This document shows, piece by piece, positions 42,193 through 54,900 of a stretch of 64,000 bases of DNA (position 1 is its first letter; every line of letters starts with the position of its first letter). Source of the DNA: Tubulanus polymorphus (lineage: Eukaryota > Animalia > Nemertea); NCBI RefSeq assembly GCF_964204645.1, contig NC_134029.1, positions 22,190,950 to 22,254,949 on the forward strand, in the 5' to 3' direction. The notes under the pieces were generated by a model. It was not told the DNA's origin. It searched no databases and saw only the letters and a list, made by a program, of their open reading frames with translations. The position numbers and the translations under genes were made by a program.

Positions 42193-42942
42193 TGTTTATC
42201 TATAATAATGTAATAACATTTATCAAGTTTATACTCAGAGTATACGTATATTCATTTTTGGAAAAGATTCATGTTCTATGTATAATAAATTCGAAAATAA
42301 GACCGCGATCGAATTGTAGTTGAATAAGATGGGATATCAGACGGTTGCCTATTTCCAGTGATGTCTATATTTTAAGATAGCTATACCTCAACGTAGGAAG
42401 TAAATAAACGAATCAATTACCCGTATCGGTACATCTAAATACATTTAATTCATTAAAAAATCTTTACAGCGACCGATTTTGTACAGTTATGACAAATACA
42501 ATCGTGTTATCATTTCTTGTATATATAAATGTGTTATGTCTCTTTTCTTCGTTGGCGAAATGGACACCTAAATCGAAATACCCCGCAAACACTGCGTGAC
42601 CGATTAGAAAAATTCGGTGAATTTTTGAAATGTATATAGAAACTCCGTAGATATAAACAAAGTACACGTGAATCTGATGATAAAGTCTCCTCAGTTGTAA
42701 ATGGAAGATGGTATTGGGATAAATATGCGAGTTATTTGTGATATTGTTACTGTACACACGAAATCTGCCTCTAAACACAACGTCTCCGTAATAAATACGC
42801 TTCAAAAGCAGCTCCATCTGATATCTATCTTACAACAAAAATTGACCCGACGGGGAAACTGCACGCCACACTAGACCGAGTGTCGCGTGAAACCGTCAAA
42901 AAGCAATTAGGTCGACTTGAGCCAAGAAATCGTATTATGTCG

Positions 42943-45900
42943 TCAAAGCGGCTTCGTCATCGGAATAAACACCAATAGCGTCAGAAGGTAAATGACCATC
43001 ACGAGTAGAAAAATCCAGAAAAACAACTTGTCCATTACAATAGCGACTTGCCGCCATTCGTTTATCATATCGTTCTCTTTGTCGTCTTCCTCGCGTTTTC
43101 GCACCATTATTCGTAAATACTTTAAAATTTCGTCTAACGGCGTGATTTTGGACGGGTCAACGTCACCGCCGTTCTCAGCGGCTGAAGTAAAACCATCCAT
43201 ATATGTTTCTTTGATATCTTTCAAACTTTTAGTCGAGTTCCTGGGGGACCTGTATTGGTCGGTGTATCGTATCGCATTGACGCACTGCTCGCTAACGAGT
43301 CTATCAGTGATATCTTGAGTGTCATTTGGGGATAAGTAGCGCAACGCATCAGCCGTGCCGCCATCCAACATTGTCGATCTTTTGGAAGACACCCGTCGTT
43401 TCCTGCTGCTACTGCGTCGCACCGTTCGGAACGAAGCCGGGTGGCAGCCGACAATTCTAGCGATCCAATGTAACACCAGGCGGCGCAACCAGTCCGGTAG
43501 TTCGCTGGTGGTTGGTCCGCAATGATAGCATTTTAATACCAACACGGTAAGGATTACGGATACAGAAGTTACGGCCATAGACACCGTCAGATAAATTCCT
43601 GAAAACATAAATCAGATATTATCTTTTTGTTTTTTGGCGTATAAGAACACCTGGAAAATCTTTGGATAACATTGTCAGACAAAATCTAATTAACCTCAGT
43701 AATTTATGAAACAGTCCGTTTTTAGTCAATTCTTACCTATTAATGGCACAAACTCGGATGTGGAAGGCATATTCTCAGCAACAAGTAACATGAATACAGA
43801 ATACGATAGTAAAACAGTGACACCTAGTGTCACTTTTTCTCCCTCATCTGGTGGCAGACAAAAAGCCAACAGACTCAAAACGTTCAACCACATACACGGC
43901 AATATTATGTTAATTACGTAGTAAAGTATTCTCCTATTTATGCGGACGTGGACTGTGACGTCAGGATAAATCTCGTGCCCGATTGGATAAACGACCTCGT
44001 TACGTATGATCGTGGAATCGACGTAACGCCATTCGCCATTCGTGATATACGAATCCATCTCGATAAAACTCGAACTGTTCACCAAGTCCACTTGGCTTTT
44101 GTCGTAGGTCCACGAACCGAATTTCATGTGACAACACTGTAAATCGAACGGAAAGTAGGTGATGTCCACTTTACATGAACTTCGCAGGCGTACAGGAGGT
44201 GACCAGAAAATAGTTCCATCTTTTTGTACCATAGCGTTCGTAGGCATGTATCCGGTTGTGTAGTCATCCGCGCTGAAATGATGATGGCAATGATAATCAT
44301 TCATCAAATATTACAAAATAAACATCATTCTCATTGCATATATTATCCTTTAGTTGATAGACATCTATTTGCCGTTTATACTGTGAATATAGGCGCGAAT
44401 TCTGATTGTGGTACCAGAAATAAACATAGCTAAGCTCGATTGATTATCACACATTGTTCATGCACATAATCACTGGTCACTGGACGTTTCGGATTATCAG
44501 ACCCTCTTAAACATCCCGTAAACAAGTTCATCTCAAGCGATAACCAGTCTTGTCTTATTTGCAAGTTTGATATTCGCGTTCGGCTGCGTGGCGTTAGCAT
44601 CGGACATTTATTCGTCTATACAGTGTGATTGATTAGATTTGCCCCCACGCTTTAGATACAATATGGATGTTCTGCCAGATTAGCAAAGTTGATCCATCCA
44701 TTTTCTTTCTCCGGTCACTTAAGTCCCACATTCATGACTCGGCATGACCCTGTCAGCTATCCCGATGGGCTGGTCATATTCTTTAATGTCATGAATGTCG
44801 AATATACCGCACAGCGTTTTCCTAATTATAACTATGGCGAGCAAAATGTACAAGACATGACTCTCGGAATAACGAACCTAATGGAATATTCTACCATGTA
44901 CATCGCGCGTACGGAAAATGGCATCTCGATTTACCATGTCAAATTGAAAAATAGTAGTCTAACCTACATTTCACGAGAGTGCCTTCGTCTAATTAATGTT
45001 TTATTAGTTTTGGGGATCAGAAAGCTTGATACATCTTACAAATGCGCTACAAGATTTATCACTTGTGCCATTAGTATGCCGTACATCTACTGTCGAGCGC
45101 TTCAGAAAATAACTATCAAAGCAACCCATTATGGCACATCTTTGGCGGATTAATTGAAAATACATCGTGGGGGTCTAATCGTGTTACCGTAAGCACGTAC
45201 ACACATAGTACCGGGTTGTAAGCTGGTGTAGGAATGGTGCAGAGGTTTGGGCAGGAGACGTTCTCTCACACCTCCCAGGGCGAACTTCGGATTTCGTAGT
45301 TTAGTAATATCGTCTAGTGGTCGGAGCTAATAACCGATCGCACTATGGTTCAATCTTAACGCATTTCACAGTGTAGGCCATCTTGGAATTTAGGTCTGGT
45401 GGTCCACAGCGACCGTGCTTAGTTGAATGGTTCGCTATTTCCGCACTATAGTTCCGACTTTCACTACGCAAATATTCGACAAACTCCGATAATCGAAGTT
45501 CGCCCTGGATGACCAGGGGAACTACGTGCAGAAGAGTTATCCAATATACGTACAGAAAATACGATAATGTGACATGCGTAAATGCGGTCCAGTAAGATAT
45601 AATTGGTTTAACACCTCATTGATAAATATGACTTTTCCGTGACCAATAAGTAATAAATATTCATAAGCGTGGTACGCTGCAAGTCGGTGCATAATTCCAG
45701 TGAAACATCGCCAATACTTTGATGTTCTTGTTACGATTGTTTCTTCAACTAGACTATTGTTGAATTGACGCCCCTGTTTGCTTTGCTATTGGAATATATT
45801 CGATTCGGAAGATCTAAATTAAGCTCCTTCGACCATATTTCAAATAATGTCCAATCTGAAACCTTTGTCGTTATAAATATAACTAAACCTTTGATGCTTT

Positions 45901-48900
45901 ACCAATCAATAATCAATGATATCTCTCAGTTACATGTGATCTAGAAGCGTCTATTTTCAGCAAGAGTAAAAATACACCATCGAAGATTACTGACGTCTAT
46001 TATGACAACGAAATCAACATGATTAGTATATTGCAGACGTTATTGCCTATCTAGCACAAAACTGTTTTGTCATTCCATGACGCCAGATCTGTCAAAAATG
46101 CCGGAAATTGCCGAGCGTAACACCATCGCGGAGGTCACGTTAACGCTAAGTCATCAATTCAACGCAAAAACTAACGTCACAGCGGTCACGTTAACGCCAC
46201 AGATTGCATCCAACGTATAAAAGAAATGTTTTGACCGTTAGCGGTTTAGAAACATCAACCTGTCTCATTATAACGTTCTACCGTTTGTTATAGATGTGGT
46301 AGTTGCGGGACGAGACCAATGACTGACAACAATGCTGCAGAAGATTTATTACCCTGGGCCTTTTGTATCAACAGTTATCTTTCCGAAACAGGACCCAATT
46401 CACCCCCAGTTATTGATAGTTTTACACCAGAAGTAGCGCTGATTGAATTCGGCGATTTCATTACCGCGTGTCTCCATAACTTACTTGTTGTAAAGGACTA
46501 TATCAGGCAACCATAATTTATTAGCAGGAATTCGCACGTTCCACAGTCCGTTAAAATCCGCCGGATTCCAACCAATCCGCTGATCTTTCCACGTCTGAAA
46601 AAAAAGACGAATACTAATCGAAAATTATAGACCGATAAAAGGTCGACAAAAGAAACTACGGGCCATTTTTGGGCTTTGGAAGAACCTTTTAGTTCGCGAA
46701 TGTTTTTCGTTTTCCGGTTGAGGGAACACTGGTACAGCGTAAAATTCTTACCGTGGATGGAGATATTTTCAAAGCCCCGAGATAACATCGTAATGCAGAT
46801 TATTTCAGTGAAATGCAGGTTATCTGATAGTAGGGGGTTTGCCGCGTAATGCGAGGGTAGGCGTGAAAAATACGTGATATATTGTTTGACACGGTATGTG
46901 CCACACGACTGGTACGTGTGTGCGTGTGTGTGTGGTGTGTGTGCGATGTTATACCCATCGGTCTCTGAAAGATTACATCCATCACGGCGGCTTATCCGAG
47001 CAGTTAAAGTAGCCCGTTATTTCCATACGTAAATGAGGCGATTATTGTGGATTTACCGATGCCAGATACCCCGGCGTTGCTTTCATATTCATATCTGATC
47101 TGAACGCCGAGCGTACACAATATCGGCGACAGGCTATACCCCATCACCGCAACCGCCACAGACTTCGTTGTTTCATCGCGTTCAGACGCTGTGTACTGAT
47201 ATAGATCAAATTCTAAATTGATCTTTACGATTCCATGAAATTCGAGTTGGAAGTTTAAACATCGTTGGCACATAAAAGCGATTAGCGCTATAGAAAAAGT
47301 TCCATTTTATAATGATGACTTATGATCTGAAATTACATTCTTTATTACGCGTTTTTCGAACAACCTTTTCCGGCGTGAAGATATGCGGAGTAATTCCGTC
47401 GTAATTGTTTTCGGAAACGGAGACATAAATGCATAGGAATCACCATTGCGATTGCCGTTTAAAGAATATAAATTGCCCCATATACAACTGACGCAATCGG
47501 AAAATCTTTACCGAGATTTGACATCTTGTATCGGTTTTATCGATGGACAGGCCGCTAACACACGATTTTGTAATCGAATTCGCTACTGAAATGAGGCTTT
47601 ACCCCCCGAATCGGTTGCGATCGCTAAAAGGAACACAAATTGATTGCCAGCGCGTTTACAAGAATTATCGCAGTTCAAAGAGCTAAGCAAAATAAATAGC
47701 GGAGTAAATTAAAGATTTGCCATGTCCCACAACGTCGATAAACCTGGGTCTATCTTACAGCAGAGCGCTTATTTCATTACTTGAGTGCTCAATTTAGTTG
47801 ATAGACCACGCGGCTTGATTATCATGAACCAGTTGCGGATAGAAAAGTTATCCTTTTCTCACGTTCAACGTTTACATCCCCTCCTAAACTATCCTTACTA
47901 TTCAATAGCCACGAGGGACTTACAGAGTACCCAGTAGTACGATCGAGTTCACAATATTTTAGATTGAACTGAAATTGAATTAGAGCGCCAGAAATCATTC
48001 ACGACGGAATCGGTTTTTTTTTCGGGGACAACTCGGCAACGCTTTAACGCGACCACTTCGGTAAGATTGAATTTCGTTTTATTCAACGTTGCGCAGCTTA
48101 ACGTGTTTCTATCGGTAAGATGTTATATGTGATTAGGAAATCTCTAATATCTCTGGTTACGATGCTCAATTTATCAAGCGTTTGGCATTGATCGCTGTCG
48201 GCTGTTGAGTGGAAATCGGTGTTTGTAGACCTATTCAAAAACCGTTTATTTCTCGAGTATTAGGAGCCACTTGTCAAAATAATCAATATCGCATTAATTA
48301 AACTCCGCAAACAAACAATTTACATTCGAAAATTGATTACGTTTGTCGTTTATGAAAACAACAGATTTATGAAAGTTTGGGTTGGTGATTTTAATGACTG
48401 TTGTACCTCGTAATACTCACATGAACCAGCCAAACATTCGTGACAAGAACTTGATTTTTTTCATCCTGCAATTTAATTCATCATTGGTTAGTTATATCTG
48501 TATATTTTTCTCATTCCGAATGAAGATGGATTCGTCGGAAAAGCTGACATTGGCACATATACGATCGCGGGGCTTTTCGTAATACAAAACGTCGTGTTCG
48601 TAGAATCGTTTCACTTCAAACTAATTAAGAAATCTCGTGATTTTAAAACGCGCTTATTAAACTTTGGGTCATTAAAACGTAGAAACAGATAGTAATTCAT
48701 AGGTAAACTAGCTTTATTCAAGATACGAGCAGGTAAATGAGTCTGACGAAGACACTATGTATTAGTACGTATATTAGTAATACAAAACTTATTAAGTATT
48801 ATCTGTCTATACATTCTAATGATTCGAAACCAGATTAACACCGGTGCTCTCTACAAATCCTTTTGCATCTATTGTAGTTTCAGGGTTTCAGGGCCAAATT

Positions 48901-51900
48901 ATTTTTGCGGGCTGTACGCTCCTTCCTTAGTTTGAGATTGAATTCGGGTTCGGCACCGCGCACTTACCATGTCCATTATCTGTATAAGCGTCATTCCGAT
49001 GTAAACGACGACATTTCTAGATGCGTTATACACCGGTCGAACACTGCTGTCGTAATGTTGAAATACTCGCCTGACTAGCCTCTGTTCGTCTGGTAAATCT
49101 TCCTCTTTCACTGCAAAATGCAACAATATTTCATCCGGCTGTTCATTAAAAAGAATTACATTCGATTATCAACCGGAAGAAATATGGCCGCCAGGTGGGC
49201 AAACGATAATTACATTAGAAATGATTCACCATCGAATTGAGAATCCGTATTGTCGAGTTTTCCGCTGAAGCAGGCGCCATGCGTGCAACAATTCTAATGA
49301 AACATTTATTGAAATATCTTGCCATTTTTGTCAAGACGAATAGCGTTAAAACCTACGAACGAACTTGATACTCATTCTCATAGAAATTGCATCCTATTGG
49401 ATTGATTTCTTAGAAAATATCTGATTCCGATTGTGAAACCCCGCTTTTAGCCTTCGCATTGGTGACAGTGCTATTAATCGTCCTTTTATTTTGGACCCCG
49501 CTTTCTAATTCCCCTAGATCTGTCCCTGATTGCAATCATTCACGTGTTCGCAAGCAATAGATAATTTCAAAAATTTCTTACATGCGCCGAATTAGATATT
49601 TCTGCGCTGTCCGCGTGAACGAAACAAATGCAATTAACCTAACAGAAAAACAATTTGCAATATCCGCTAGGCAAACACAGCGTTGATAGATCCGTAAAAT
49701 GGCGGCTCCACTTCCGGATCCGTGACCGGTGATACAAACTAATGTAATTTCGATGGTAACGTCTGACTGCCCAATATAGAAACTTATCTAGGATCCAACC
49801 CTCCGTGGCCTGGTCTCAAATATCTAGGTAGCTGACTGCGGTTTATGATGCACTTCGTTATTGCATTGTTCGAATCTTTCCCGCATGAATAATTGCCAAT
49901 AGACTATATATATAAATCACTGTTAAGCATGTAATTGAATTAATAGTTCGCTTATATTGGGTTAGGTAGCAATCAATGTAACCGCTATTTGCTCATAGAT
50001 TGATTGTAAAAAACATGCGATCGAGATCGCAATATGTGACACGCTTAAGGGAAGGAAGTGCGAGATGCCACAATACTTTTGAATGTAATTGTAAGAATAT
50101 GAATTAAAGCGTTTTCATTTCATGCCTTATATGATAATTACAGTATTGTAGTTGAAATGACAGGCAGTACGCACGAGTATGTACGTGTATAGTCACAGAA
50201 TGTCAAATTGAATGCAAATTGACAGCTAAGACAGGAGAGGTATATACGCATTATAAAGACGCATTAGCTGCATCCGATGGAGTTCAAGTTCCCATTAAAT
50301 CCGTAGACAAATATAAGACCCTCGAAAATTGTCTACAAGACAGTTGATTTACTCCAAAGATGTTCCAAGGCGCAGAGACTACCGGACTACATCGCGCTGA
50401 AGCAGTTATTCTATTCATACGTGTTGCTGCTATAGCGGGCGCACGATTTTCTCGTGGTGTTCGTGATACCATAATTTCGGTGTTTAACAATTTATAAGGT
50501 TTATCGCACCCGAGAGCCGGGCGTAAAGTGCAACATGTTAACTAGTTTATTGGCACTACGGGACGAATTCGTTCGATACATCATTATATCCCCTATAGAG
50601 TTCTATATATTACCTCAGGTTAACGGCTTTAAGACGGTAAACAACACGAAGATAAAACGACTACTAATTTTTAGAAGCGTTCTGTCGACATGTAATTCTT
50701 GTGTGACGCGGCGGGCAGCTGTTTCTGTTGTGTACGTAGGATTAATTATTTAGAATTATCTGTTCCGTTTTTATTTGATGACGGGGAAAATTTGCCCGCT
50801 GATGTAATCGATGTTATTGCAAATAACGAACATAATTCGGTTATATCAACAGACCGAAATGATTGCCTGTATACGGATTATAGTAAAATAGCAATAGATG
50901 TTCATCCAGAAAAAAAAAACCTAAAACCGAGATGTTTTTCTATAATGAGGTGATATCGTTGAATAGGTACGCGCAACGTTTCTTGAGACGCATCATTATC
51001 TTTTTTATTTATATGTTCGCGAGGTATTCGCCATACTTTCGACCACGTCGCTGGATCCATAATGATTTTCCTATTAAATTCCTCCCCGCGATTTTGACGC
51101 GATTCATTAAAAGTCACGTCAATTACGTCGATAGATTGTCGATTGTCGAACACACGAAGCCGACACGGGACCAATTCAACTCGCCGGTTCTATACGTCGA
51201 ACTCATGAAGCCAGCGGCTACGATTTTCTCGTTGATCTACTGTGAATTCAACCCTGTGTTCCCCGACGGAACTATCACACGGATATACGGCATCTCATCT
51301 CGCCGTCAATCCGCTCGTGTCAAAAGACGTTCTTTTTACATTCCCATACATTACAGCTCACGCCGGAGCCTTCCCGCACTCAGCCGAGAATTATATTCCG
51401 CTTTTTAATGTCTCGTCTCGTCGAAGCAATCGCCCAACGGGTACAGTATTCTAATGGTTTTGTTCTTTTTATACCCAGAGAGAAGAAGCGCATCACTTTA
51501 CTAGAGATTTCAGATTCAATTTAACGACCTCGTAGACTCCGGAACGCGATTCGCTTGAAACGGTAGCCATTACCTATATTAGAATGGAACTGGAGCGTCG
51601 GGAAGCATTACCCGTGTCAGTCACGGGGAACGGGGAAACTAGAACGATTTAGAATTATATTGCGCTCATAAAAAACCGAGCAACGTACATAAACCATCTG
51701 CTTCTTATTCATTGATTGTTTCTACTTCAGTTACCATTAAAAACCGTCGTTCGGAGCGATAGGTTCTAGCTAATTAAATGGGGCTGGACGAATATCGATA
51801 TTACCGCGTTTGGGGTTAGGGTCATATATATAGTCTTTTTTTGCGTCGACGAAATTCGGTAATGTGATATAAAAAATATGTGATATATCTCGTCAGTATC

Positions 51901-54900
51901 GATTTCTACTTGTTACAGACGAGCAAGAATCGGGAGTAATTTACACATTATGACAGTCGATTTAAATGGAGCTGAGCGTCAGGGATTTTAAACCCATGAT
52001 GTTTCTCGTTATATATCCATCCATCACGGGACTCCAATCTATGCATAAATACGATTATTATTCCCCGAGGTCCGGCTGTATATTGAAACGATCATCCGCG
52101 TCTTCTCGCTGGCTCTCGTCTGCGAGTCAATCGCTGATGTGTCATTTCGTGAATGAATCACATCGTTTGTTTATGTATATATCGTTTTGATACACGACAA
52201 TGCAAGAGGATGTATACGCGAATATACCAAAGAAAGGGAAAACTTAGTTTGGAAAGCAATAAAAACTTATTCTTTCCACATACGAACTGGAGTTAAACTT
52301 TGTTTTTAATTTAGAATATGACACAATACGTGGAATTGGCACCGGTTAAGCCTATTGGCTACTCTCGGCCGTCCGGTGTCGAGTGATGACCTTGACCTTC
52401 AGTTATGTACTTATACTTTTGCGAGTCACTAATTTTTTTGGTAGCTGACACAAATCATTCGAATGTGTTTATCTTTGAAAAAGCAATATATATCTTTTCC
52501 GTTGATCGAATAAAACTGTTTCTTTCCCAAACAAAAAAGCTTTCACTTATGACCACTGCGCGTACCTCCTGTTCCGAGTTCATGAAGACAGTTTCTAAAC
52601 TTCTATATCTACCTTTTCATGTAAGTTTGAATGAGTCCGATAATGAGAGCAAAATCAGTTTCAATCCGACCGATTCATGATTAGCGGCATCATGTTGCGT
52701 CTTAGATTTCTCGGTATTTCACGAATTTGTGTTTCTACTCGGTAACGTGACACGAGGAAATCGGCTCGGAGAGAAATTGAAATCATCCACAAACGCAAAA
52801 CATGTCGCGTTTGAAAATGACTGATGACGTTTATATTTGCTCGAGTTTCGATCTGGAACGTGTTTCTTTTCAGTTTTCAGGAAATCGGAAAATATTCACG
52901 AGCACGCGCGCAAGCATTCAGCGATACAGATATAGCTAAACCTTGTATCTTACGTTCAGATCTGTTCGGTTGAAATTCGACCTTTTTAATCTAATCAAAA
53001 GTTATAATGCGATGTAGTCTATTCTGTTCCCATAGCTCTCAATTTCTAGAAGTGCTTGAATTGTTGGCATGAAATAAATGTATGAATTTGACTCCGCGTT
53101 GATTTGCAGGTGATGGCATAGGCCTGTTGATTCTGAGGAAACAAGCGAGATTACCAGCACACGTATCGTAGATTATGTGATTCGCAGATTATCACGCTAA
53201 TTAAGATGTAGCACTATACGTTAGAAGATACAGCACAGTCTACACAGCGCCATGTCTCGCGGGTCCATGGGAAAGATGTTATAAATCATTCAGATTCAAT
53301 ATGTTTGGTTATGGATCACTCTTCCGAGTTATCTAAAAATGCACATCGCGTTTGATCGACTCTGTCTCTGTCTCTATCACAAGAGAGAAAGAAGGAAGGA
53401 CGGGAGAGAGCATGATTCATTGTTGAGTAGTTAATTTTGCTGCGATTGGTATCAAATCCGAAAGGTACGCCTTAGACGACCTGTAGCAATTACTTCTGCG
53501 GCTACGCTTTTCAAAGGCAGAACATATTCATTGATATCCATGACATGCAAATGAAAACGCACTTTTATTCAACAGATATGGAAAAATGTAAAGAAAAAAA
53601 ACGTGGGGCTGCGAAATCTTATGCGTAAAGATATTGTATAGATGCAGCGGTAGTTGCTGTAATGTTGCAATACAACAGATGCATCTAATTCTGAAACAAT
53701 AGATATTTTTTCTATCAGTAAAAACGTGCAAAAAAGCTGCTTGAACTGTAAACTACAGAACCAAGATTATTGTGTAAAGATCAGACTGAATGCGCATGAC
53801 TTCTCTCCAAATTAGCTGCGCCGAGGGACAGATCTATATTTCATTCCATCTATCTAATGGGGGTTAAATTTGCTTATTCTCGGCTTGGTACCGGTACTTC
53901 GACATGGAGGATACTTACTGTCGTCTGGTAAAGGCGGGTAATGATGGGTAGAGCCTGTCATCCCGCCCGCTAGGTGGCGGTCTCTGTTGTTTTTCTGACG
54001 GGTTTTCAGCGGATCTGCAATGGATAGAATTCATTCAACTGTTTGATACATTTTAATTCTTGAATTATAGCTTAATCATCTTGATGATCGAATTCATTTC
54101 TAGTATGAATCACATGCGGATAATGTAAGTTATAATAGATGGAAATGAGTTATTAAACATCATAGGTGGTATAGTTTACTATTTCTCGTGGTATACCAAG
54201 CGTCTGTAACATGTTTGCCATCGTTTATCTCGGGGGAACCTATCTAAACTTCATTTCAAGCATGGATTTGTGTTTGGATGATGAGCAGCACGCGTAGAAA
54301 CTCCTGATAATTTTCTTCAAAATAATTCCCCACGTATACAGCCTGATTACCCATCGAACCATAAAGGACGTAAAGTTCGTTAGACAAGACAAAAATTCCT
54401 ATTGGTCTCTTGAAGCCCCGGGATATCGTCGGTGGCGCTTGCTTCTTTAATCTTCAACATCGAATGTGGAATCGAATTTTTACTGTCATTACAAAGTAGA
54501 GTTTAATTCGCGACGTCAAAGAATGTAGAAAATTAGAAGAGAGGCGACGGCACAATTACAGTTGATTACCTTGCAGTATTTCAGTACAATACGACGCCAT
54601 CAGCGAGTTTAAACAGTTGTGTAGCTGTATAGACAGTGGAATTAATGGAAATTGTGTCACCATGAAATTAGAGTTATATATATGTATATACGGCATCATT
54701 TGTAAATATAAGATCCAATAAGGACCTAGGAAGCTCTTAACTTCTATCTTAATGACTCGGTGTGTAGTTTCGGGCAAATTCGTGTTTAAGTTTATGATTA
54801 GCCTACGGTGAAAATCCGGTCGAATATTCGTCGCCTTAGTTCATATGCACTCTATGAATTTTAGCGGTTCGTCGATAAAGCGGTCGTAATGGGTTGAGAC

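Noticed and set aside
44689-45153. 154-aa + strand ORF nested in an nAChR intron
   Set aside because: Non-ATG start, no domain motif and no supporting splice structure.
50699-51454. Cluster of overlapping 70-158 aa ORFs in nAChR intron 1
   Set aside because: No recognisable motifs; consistent with chance ORFs.
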